Shown in pieces: positions 1 through 10,000 of a stretch of 64,000 bases of DNA. How positions within the stretch are numbered: position 1 is the stretch's first letter; the number at the start of each line of letters is the position of its first letter. The notes beneath the pieces are model-generated. The model was not told the origin of the DNA and did no database searches. It worked only from the letters and a program-made list of their open reading frames with translations. The stretch comes from Eledone cirrhosa (taxonomy: Eukaryota). Where the stretch lies: contig CAXHJY010000096.1 of assembly GCA_964016885.1 (NCBI GenBank), forward strand, positions 682,001 through 746,000, in the 5' to 3' direction. Made by a program: the position numbers and the translations under genes.

Positions 1-844
1 GTCCAAGGGGAGATAATTTCCAGCCGTCCAAGGGGAGATAATTTTTTTTAAAAAATCAGGCGGAGATAATTTGTAAAAAAAATCAGGGGGAGATAATTTG
101 TAAACAAAATCAGGGGGAGATAATTTGTAAAAAAAAATCAGGGGGAGATAATTTGTAAAAAAAATTAGGCGTAGATAATTTTTAAAAAAAAATCAGGGGG
201 AGATAATTTGTAAAAAAAAATCAGGGGGAGATAATTTGTTTAAAAAATCAAGGGGAGATAATTTGCAGCCGTCCAAGGGGAGATAATTTTCAGCCGTCCA
301 AGGAGAGGTAATTTCTAGCCGTTCAAGGGGAGATAATTTCCAGCCGTCCAAGGGGAGATAATTTCCAGCCGTCCAAGGGGAGATAATTTTTTTTAAAAAA
401 TCAGGCGGAGATAATTTGTAAAAAAAAATCAGGGGGAGATAATTCGTAAAAAAAAATCAGGGGGAGATAATTTGTAAAAAAAAATCAGGGGGAGATAATT
501 TGTAAAAAAAATCAAGGGGAGATAATTTCCAGCCGTCCAAGGGGAGGTAATATCTAGCCGTCCAAGGGGAGATAATTTCCAGCCGTCCAAGGGGAGATAA
601 TTTCCAGCCGTCCAAGGGGAGATAATTTCCAGCCGTCCAAGGAGACATATTTTCCAGCCGTCCAAGGCGAGGTAATTTCTAGCCGTCCAAGGGGAGATTA
701 ATTCCAGCCTCCAAGGGGAGATAATTTCCAGCCAGCCAAGGGGAGATAATTTGTAAAAAAATCAGGGGGAGATAATTTGTAAAAAAAAATCAGGGGGAGA
801 TAATTTGTAAAAAAAATCAAGGGGAGATAATTTCCAGCCGTCCA

Positions 845-960
845 AGGGAAGATAATTTCCAGCCCTCCAAGGGGCTATAATTTCCAGCGTCCAAGGGGAG
901 ATAATTTCCAGCCAGCGAAGGGGAGATAATTTTTTTTAAAAAATCATTGGGAGATTTGTA
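845..960. repeat. Recurrent diverged cassette 'GGGGCTATAA ... CAGCGAAGG ... TCATTGGGAGATTTGT' (first of ~22 copies)
   Basis: GGGGCTATAA was counted by eye at ~871, 3685, 5847, 10626, 14319, 15716, 21204, 24869, 26294, 29306, 34422, 36609, 38269, 39596, 41761, 45576, 47760, 49977, 51494, 54309, 56471 and 61249, always followed by the same linked variants. Confidence 0.92.
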
Positions 961-1694
961 AAAAAAATCAGGGGGAGATAATTTGTAAACAAAATCAAGG
1001 GGAGATAATTTCCAGCCGTCCAAGGGGAGGTAATATCTAGCCGTCCAAGGGGAGATAATTTCCAGCCGTCCAAGGGGAGATAATTTCCAGCCGTCCAAGG
1101 GTAGATAATATCCAGCCGTCCAAGGACATATTTTCCAGCCGTCCAAGGAGAGGTAATTTCTAGCCGTCCAAGGGGAGATAAATTCCAGCCTCCAAGGTGA
1201 GATAATTTCCAGCCAGCCAAGGGGAGATAATTTGTAAAAAAATCAGGGGGAGATAATTTGTAAAAAAAATCAGGGGGAGATAATTTGTAAAAAAAAATCA
1301 GGGGGAGATAATTTGTAAAAAAAAATCAGGGGGAGATAATTTGTAAAAAAAAATCAGGGGGAGATAATTTGTAAAAAAACAAGGGGAGATAATTTCCAGC
1401 CGTCCAAGGGGAGATAATTTTCAGCCGTCCAAGGGGAGATAATTTCCCGCCAGCCAAGGGAAGATAATATTTGAAAAAATCAGGCGGAGATAATTTGTAA
1501 AAAAAATCAGGGGGAGATAATTTGTAAAAAAATCAGGGGGAGATAATTTGTAAAAAAAAAATCAGGGGGAGATAATTTGTAAAAAGAATCAGGGGGAGAT
1601 AATTTGTAAAAAAAAATCAGGGGTAGATAAATTGTAAAAAAAAATCAGGGGGAGATAATTTGTAAAAAAAATCAGGGGGAGATAATTTGTAAAA

Positions 1695-1890
1695 AAAATG
1701 AAAGGGGAGATAATATCCAGCCGTCCAAGGGGAGATAATTTCCAGCCGTCCAAGGGGAGATAATTTCCAGCCGTCCAAGGGGAGATAATTTCCATCCTTC
1801 CAAGGGGATATAATTTCCAGCCGTCCAAGGGGAGATAATTTCCCGCCAGCCAAGGGAAGATAATTTTTAAAAAAATCAGGCGGAGATTGT
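1695..1890. repeat. Recurrent cassette 'ATGAAAGGGGAGATAATATCC ... CCATCCTTCCAAGGGGATATAA' (first of ~28 copies)
   Basis: The same linked variants recur at ~4991, 6676, 8353, 11533, 12845, 13676 and onward to ~63468. There is a short form and a long form carrying a 50-bp internal duplication. Confidence 0.9.
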
Positions 1891-4800
1891 AAAAAAAATC
1901 AGGGGGGAGATAATTTGTAAAAAAATCAGGGGGAGATAATTTGTAAAAAAAAATCAGGGGGAGATAATTTGTAAAAAATAATCAGGGGGAGATAATTTGT
2001 AAAAAAAAATCAAGGGGAGATAATTTCCAGCCGTCCAAGGGGAGATAATTTCCCGCCAGCCAAGGGAAGATAATATTTAAAAAAATTAGGCGGAGATAAT
2101 TTGTAAAAAAAATCAGGGGGAGATAATTTGTAAAAAAATCAGGGGGAGATAATTTGTAAAAAAAATCAGGGGGAGATAATTTGTAAAAAAATTCATGGGG
2201 AGATAATTTGTAAAAAAAAATCAGGGGTAGATAATTTGTAAAAAAAAATCAGGGGGAGATAATTTGTAAAAAAAAAATCAGGGGGAGATAATTTGTAAAA
2301 AAAATCAAGGGGAGATAATTTCCAGCCGTCCAAGGGGAGATAATTTTCAGTCGTCCAAGGAGAGGTAATTTCTAGCCGTCCAAGGGGAGATAATTTCCAG
2401 CCGTCCAAGGGGAGATAATTTCCAGCCGTCCAAGGGGAGATAATTTTTTTTAAAAAATCAGGCGGAGATAATTTGTAAAAAAAATCAGGGGGAGATAATT
2501 TGTAAACAAAATCAGGGGGAGATAATTTGTAAAAAAAAATCAGGGGGAGATAATTTGTAAAAAAAATTAGGCGTAGATAATTTTTAAAAAAAAATCAGGG
2601 GGAGATAATTTGTAAAAAAAAATCAGGGGGAGATAATTTGTTTAAAAAATCAAGGGGAGATAATTTGCAGCCGTCCAAGGGGAGATAATTTTCAGCCGTC
2701 CAAGGAGAGGTAATTTCTAGCCGTTCAAGGGGAGATAATTTCCAGCCGTCCAAGGGGAGATAATTTCCAGCCGTCCAAGGGGAGATAATTTTTTTTAAAA
2801 AATCAGGCGGAGATAATTTGTAAAAAAAAATCAGGGGGAGATAATTCGTAAAAAAAAATCAGGGGGAGATAATTTGTAAAAAAAAATCAGGGGGAGATAA
2901 TTTGTAAAAAAAATCAAGGGGAGATAATTTCCAGCCGTCCAAGGGGAGGTAATATCTAGCCGTCCAAGGGGAGATAATTTCCAGCCGTCCAAGGGGAGAT
3001 AATTTCCAGCCGTCCAAGGGGAGATAATTTCCAGCCGTCCAAGGAGACATATTTTCCAGCCGTCCAAGGCGAGGTAATTTCTAGCCGTCCAAGGGGAGAT
3101 TAATTCCAGCCTCCAAGGGGAGATAATTTCCAGCCAGCCAAGGGGAGATAATTTGTAAAAAAATCAGGGGGAGATAATTTGTAAAAAATATCAGGGAGAT
3201 AATTTGTAAAAAAAAATCAGGGGGAGATAATTTGTAAAAAAAATCAGGGGGAGATAATTTGTAAAAAAAAATCAGGGGGAGATAATTTGTAAAAAAAATC
3301 AAGGGGAGATAATTTCCAGCCGTCCAAGGGGAGATAATTTTCAGCCGTCCAAGGAGAGGTAATTTCTAACCGTCCGAGGAGAGATAATTTCCAGCCGTCC
3401 AAGGGGAGATAATTTCCAGCCGTCCAAGGGGAGATAATTTCCAGCCGTCCAAGGAGACATATTTTCCAGCCGTCCAAGGAGAGGTAAATTCTAGCCGTCC
3501 AAGGGGAGATAAATTCCAGCCTCCAAGGGGAGATAATTTCCAGCCAGCCAAGGGGAGATAATTTGTAAAAAAATCAGGGGGAGATAATTTGCAAAAAAAA
3601 TCAGGGGGAGATAATTTGTAAAAAAAATCAGGGGGAGATAATTTGTAAAAAATAATCAGGGGGAGATAATTTCCAGCCCTCCAAGGGGCTATAATTTCCA
3701 GTGTCCAAGGGGAGATAATTTCCAGCCAGCGAAGGGGAGATAATTTTTTTTTAAAAATCATTGGGAGATTTGTAAAAAAAATCAGGGGGAGATAATTTGT
3801 AAAAAAAATCAAGGGGAGATAATTTCCAGCCGTCCAAGGGGAGGTAATATCTAGCCGTCCAAGGGTAGATAATTTCCAGCCGTCCAACGGGAGATAATTT
3901 CCAGCCGTCCAAGGGTAGATAATATCCAGCCGCCCAAGGACATATTTTCCAGCCGTCCAAGGAGAGGTAATTTCTAGCCGTCCAAGGGGAGATAATTTCC
4001 AGCCGTCCAAGGGTAGATAATATCCATCCGTCCAAGGACATATTTTCCAGCCGTCCAAGGAGAGGTAATTTCTAGCCGTCCAAGGGGAGATAAATTCCAG
4101 CCTCCAAGGGGAGATAATTTCCAGCCAGCCAAGGGGAGATAATTTGTAAAAAAATCAGGGGGAGATAATTTGTAAAAAAAATCAGGGGGAGATAATTTGT
4201 AAAAAAAAATCAGGGGGAGATAATTTGTAAAAAAAAATCAGGGTGAGATAATTTGCAAAAAAAATCAGGGGGAGATAATTTGTAAAAAAAAATCAGGGGG
4301 AGATAATTTGTAAAAAAAATCAAGGGGAGATAATTTCCAGCCGTCCAAGGAGAGATAATTTAAAAAAAAATCAGGCGGAGATAATTTGTAAAAAAAAATC
4401 AGGGGGAGATAATTTGTAAAAAAAATCAGGGGGAGATAATTTGTAAAAAAAAATCAGGGGTAGATAATTTGTAAAAAAAAATCAGGGGGAGATAATTTGT
4501 AAAAAAAAATCAGGAGGAGATAATTTGTAAAAAAAATCAAGGGGAGATAATTTCCAGCCGTCCAAGGAGAGATAATTTAAAAAAAAATCAGGCGGAGATA
4601 ATTTGTAAAAAAAAATCAGGGGGAGATAATTTGTAAAAAAAAATCAGGGGGAGATAATTTGTAAAAAAAATCAAGGGGAGATAATTTCCAGCCGTCCAAG
4701 GGGAGATAATTTTCAGCCGTCCAAGGGGAGATAATTTCCCGCCAGCCAAGGGAAGATAATATTCAAAAATATCAGGCGGAGATAATTTGTAAAAAAAATC

Positions 4801-7064
4801 AGGGGGAGATAATTTGTAAAAAAATCAGGGGGAGATAATTTGTAAAAAAAAAAATCAGGGGGAGATAATTTGTAAAAAAAATCAGGGGGAGATAATTTGT
4901 AAAAAAAATCAGGGGTAGATAATTTGTAAAAAAAAATCAGGGGGAGATAATTTGTAAAAAAAAATCAGGGGGAGATAATTTGTAAAAAAAATGAAAGGGG
5001 AGATAATATCCAGCCGTCCAAGGGGAGATAATTTCCAGCCGTCCAAGGGGAGATAATTTCCAGCCGTCCAAGGGGAGATAATTTCCATCCTTCCAAGGGG
5101 ATATAATTTCCAGCCGTCCAAGGGGAGATAATTTCCATCCTTCCAAGGGGATATAATTTCCAGCCGTCCAAGGGGAGATAATTTTCAGCCGTCCAAGGAG
5201 AGGTAATTTCTAGCCGTCCAAGGAGAGATAATTTCCAGCCGTCCAAGGGGAGATAATTTCCAGCCGTCCAAGGGGAGATAATTTCCAGCCGTCCAAGGAG
5301 ACATATTTTCCAGCCGTCCAAGGAGAGGTAATTCCTAGCCGTCCAAGGGGAGATAAATTCCAGCCTCCAAGGGGAGATAATTTCCAGCCAGCCAAGGGGA
5401 GATAATTTGTAAAAAAAATCAGGGGGAGATAATTTGTAAAAAAAATCAGGGGGAGATAATTTGTAAAAAAAAATCAGGGGTAGATAATTTGTAAAAAATA
5501 ATCAGGGGGAGATAATTTGTAAAAAAAATCAAGGGGAGATAATTTCCAGCCGTCCAAGGGGAGATAATTTTCAGCCGTCCAAGGGGAGATAATTTCCCGC
5601 CAGCCAAGGGAAGATAATATTTAAAAAAATTAGGCGGAGATAATTTGTAAAAAAAATCAGGGGGAGATAATTTGTAAAAAAATCAGGGGGAGATAATTTG
5701 TAAAAAAAATCAGGGGGAGATAATTTGTAAAAAAAATCAGGGGGAGATAATTTGTAAAAAAAAATCAGGGGGAGATAATTTGTAAAAAAAAATCAAGGGG
5801 AGATAATTTCCAGCCGTCCAAGGGAAGATAATTTCCAGCCCTCCAAGGGGCTATAATTTCCAGCGTCCAAGGGGAGATAATTTCCAGCCAGCGAAGGGGA
5901 GATAATTTTTTTTAAAAAATCATTGGGAGATTTGTAAAAAAAATCAGGGGGAGATAATTTGTTAAAAAAATCAAGGGGAGATAATTTCCAGCCGTCCAAG
6001 GGGAGGTAATATCTAGCCGTCCAAGGGGAGATAATTTCCAGCCGTCCAAGGGGAGATAATTTCCAGCCGTCCAAGGGTAGATAATATCCAGCCGTCCAAG
6101 GACATATTTTCCAGCCGTCCAAGGAGAGGTAATTTCTAGCCGTCCAAGGGGAGATAAATTCCAGCCTCCAAGGTGAGATAATTTCCAGCCAGCCAAGGGG
6201 AGATAATTTGTAAAAAAATCAGGGGGAGATAATTTGTAAAAAAAATCAGGGGGAGATAATTTGTAAAAAAAAATCAGGGGGAGATAATTTGTAAAAAAAA
6301 ATCAGGGGGAGATAATTTGTAAAAAAAAATCAGGGGGAGATAATTTGTAAAAAAATCAAGGGGAGATAATTTCCAGCCGTCCAAGGGGAGATAATTTTCA
6401 GCCGTCCAAGGGGAGATAATTTCCCGCCAGCCAAGGGAAGATAATATTTGAAAAAATCAGGCGGAGATAATTTGTAAAAAAAATCAGGGGGAGATAATTT
6501 GTAAAAAAATCAGGGGGAGATAATTTGTAAAAAAAAAATCAGGGGGAGATAATTTGTAAAAAGAATCAGGGGGAGATAATTTGTAAAAAAAAATCAGGGG
6601 TAGATAAATTGTAAAAAAAAATCAGGGGGAGATAATTTGTAAAAAAAATCAGGGGGAGATAATTTGTAAAAAAAATGAAAGGGGAGATAATATTCAGCCG
6701 TCCAAGGGGAGATAATTTCCAGCCGTCCAAGGGGAGATAATTTCCAGCCGTCCAAGGGGAGATAATTTCCATCCTTCCAAGGGGATATAATTTCCAGCCG
6801 TCCAAGGGGAGATAATTTCCCGCCAGCCAAGGGAAGATAATTTTTAAAAAAATCAGGCGGAGATTGTAAAAAAAATCAGGGGGGAGATAATTTGTAAAAA
6901 AATCAGGGGGAGATAATTTGTAAAAAAAAATCAGGGGGAGATAATTTGTAAAAAATAATCAGGGGGAGATAATTTGTAAAAAAAAATCAAGGGGAGATAA
7001 TTTCCAGCCGTCCAAGGGGAGATAATTTTCCGCCAGCCAAGGGAAGATAATATTTAAAAAAATT

Positions 7065-10000
7065 AGGCGGAGATAATTTGTAAAAAAAATCAGGGGGAGA
7101 TAATTTGTAAAAAAATCAGGGGGAGATAATTTGTAAAAAAAATCAGGGGGAGATAATTTGTAAAAAAATTCATGGGGAGATAATTTGTAAAAAAAAATCA
7201 GGGGTAGATAATTTGTAAAAAAAAATCAGGGGGAGATAATTTGTAAAAAAAAATCAGGGGGAGATAATTTGTAAAAAAAATCAAGGGGAGATAATTTCCA
7301 GCCGTCCAAGGGGAGATAATTTTCAGCCGTCCAAGGAGAGGTAATTTCTAGCCGTCCAAGGGGAGATAATTTCCAGCCGTCCAAGGGGAGGTAATTTCCA
7401 GCCGTCCAAGGGGAGATAATTTTAAAAAAAAAATCAGGCGGAGATAATTTGTAAAAAAAATCAAGGGGAGATAATTTGCAGCCGTCCAAGGGGAGATAAT
7501 TTTCAGTCGTCCAAGGAGAGGTAATTTCTAGCCGTCCAAGGGGAGATAATTGCCAGCCGTCCAAGGGGAGATAATTTCCAGCCGTCCAAGGGGAGATAAT
7601 TTTTTTTAAAAAATCAGGCGGAGATAATTTGTAAAAAAAATCAGGGGGAGATAATTTGTAAACAAAATCAGGGGGAGATAATTTGTAAAAAAAAATCAGG
7701 GGGAGATAATTTGTAAAAAAAATCATGGAGAGATAATTTCCAGCCGTCCAAGGTGAGATAATTTCCAGCCGTCCAAGGAGACATATTTTCCAGCCGTCCA
7801 AGGCGAGGTAATTTCTAGCCGTCCAAGGGGAGATAAATTCCAGCCTCCAAGGGGAGATAATTTCCAGCCAGCCAAGTGGAGATAATTTGTAAAAAAATCA
7901 GGGGGAGATAATTTGTAAAAAATATCAGGGAGATAATTTGTAAAAAAAAATCAGGGGGAGATAATTTGTAAAAAAAATCAGGGGGAGATAATTTGTAAAA
8001 AAAAATCAGGGGGAGATAATTTGTAAAAAAAATCAAGGGGAGATAATTTCCAGCCGTCCAAGGGGAGATAATTTTCAGCCGTCCAAGGGGAGATAATTTC
8101 CCGCCAGCCAAGGGAAGATAATATTTAAAAAAATCAGGCGGAGATAATTTGTAAAAAAAATCAGGGGGAGATAATTTGTAAAAAAATCAGGGGGAGATAA
8201 TTTGTAAAAAAAAAATCAGGGGGAGATAATTTGTAAAAAAAATCAGGGGGAGATAATTTGTAAAAAAAAATCAGGGGTAGATAATTTGTAAACAAAAATC
8301 AGGGGGAGATAATTTGTAAAAAAAAATCAGGGGGAGATAATTTGTAAAAAAAATGAAAGGGGAGATAATATCCAGCCGTCCAAGGGGAGATAATTTCCAG
8401 CCGTCCAAGGGGATATAATTTCCAGCCGTCCAAGGGGAGATAATTTCCATCCTTCCAAGGGGATATAATTTCCAGCCGTCCAAGGGGAGATAATTTCCCG
8501 CCAGCCAAGGGAAGATAATTTTTAAAAAAATCAGGCGGAGATTGTAAAAAAAATCAGGGGGGAGATAATTTGTAAAAAAATCAGGGGGAGATAATTTGTA
8601 AAAAATAATCAGGGGGAGATAATTTGTAAAAAAATTCAAGGGGAGATAATTTCCAGCCGTCCAAGGGGAGATAATTTCCCGCCAGCCAAGGGAAGATAAT
8701 ATTTAAAAAAATTAGGCGGAGATAATTTGTAAAAAAAATCAGGGGGAGATAATTTGTAAAAAAATCAGGGGGAGATAATTTGTAAAAAAAATCAGGGGGA
8801 GATAATTTGTAAAAAAAATCATGGGGAGATAATTTGTAAAAAAAAATCAGGGGTAGATAATTTGTAAAAAAAAATCAGGGGGAGATAATTTGTAAAAAAA
8901 AATCAGGGGGAGATAATTTGTAAAAAAAATCAAGGGGAGATAATATCCAGCCGTCCAAGGAGAGATAATTTAAAAAAAAAATGAGGCGGAGATAATTTGT
9001 AAAAAAAAAATCAGGGGGAGTTAATTTGTAAAAAAAAATGAGGGGGAGATAATTTGTAAAAAAAATCAAGGGGAGATAATTTCCAGCCGTCCAAGGGGAG
9101 ATAATTTTCAGCCGTCCAAGGAGAGGTAATTTCTAGCCGTCCAAGGGGAGATAATTTCCAGCCGTCCAAGGGGAGGTAATTTCCAGCCGTCCAAGGGGAG
9201 ATAATTTTTAAAAAAAAATCAGGCGGAGATAATTTGTAAAAAAAATCAAGGGGAGATAATTTGCAGCCGTCCAAGGGGAGATAATTTTCAGTCGTCCAAG
9301 GAGAGGTAATTTCTAGCCGTCCAAGGGGAGATAATTTCCAGCCGTCCAAGGGGAGATAATTTCCAGCCGTCCAAGGGGAGATAATTTTTTTTAAAAAATC
9401 AGGCGGAGATAATTTGTAAAAAAAATCAGGGGGAGATAATTTGTAAACAAAATCAGGGGGAGATAATTTGTAAAAAAAAATCAGGGGGAGATAATTTGTA
9501 AAAAAAATTAGGCGTAGATAATTTGTAAAAAAAAATCAGGGGGAGATAATTTGTAAAAAAAAATCAGGGGGAGATAATTTGTTTAAAAAATCAAGGGGAG
9601 ATAATTTGCAGCCGTCCAAGGGGAGATAATTTTCAGCCGTCCAAGGAGAGGTAATTTCTAGCCGTTCAAGGGGAGATAATTTCCAGCCGTCCAAGGGGAG
9701 ATAATTTCCAGCCGTCCAAGGGGAGATAATTTTTTTTAAAAAATCAGGCGGAGATAATTTGTAAAAAAAAATCAGGGGGAGATAATTCGTAAAAAAAAAT
9801 CAGGGGGAGTTAATTTGTAAAAAAAAATCAGGGGGAGATAATTTGTAAAAAAAATCAAGGGGAGATAATTTCCAGCCGTCCAAGGGGAGGTAATATCTAG
9901 CCGTCCAAGGGGAGATAATTTCCAGCCGTCCAAGGGGAGATAATTTCCAGCCGTCCAAGGGGAGATAATTTCCAGCCGTCCAAGGAGACATATTTTCCAG

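Larger units (their letters stand above)
1..3188. repeat. 2,402-bp period duplication (1-~786 equals 2,403-~3,188)
   Basis: Identical ORFs at 429/2831 and 457/2859. Rare variants TTAGGCGTAG (171/2573) and GATTAATTCC (~696/~3098) are offset by 2,402. The match ends where AAAAAATATCAGGGAG appears at ~3,188. Confidence 0.9.
786..7250. repeat. ~4,977-bp period: ~786-2,270 recurs at ~5,760-7,250
   Basis: ORF pairs 817/5793, 936/5912 and 1589/6566. Shared variants CAAGGTGAGA, ATATTTGAAAAAAT, AAAAAGAATC and AATTCATGGGG. Confidence 0.88.

Noticed and set aside
1780-1815. GATATAAT / CTATAAT resembling a bacterial -10 box, GGAG/GGAGG resembling Shine-Dalgarno sites, and minus-strand T-tracts resembling terminators
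   Set aside because: These are short motifs created by satellite variants, with no associated -35 element, gene or GC hairpin.
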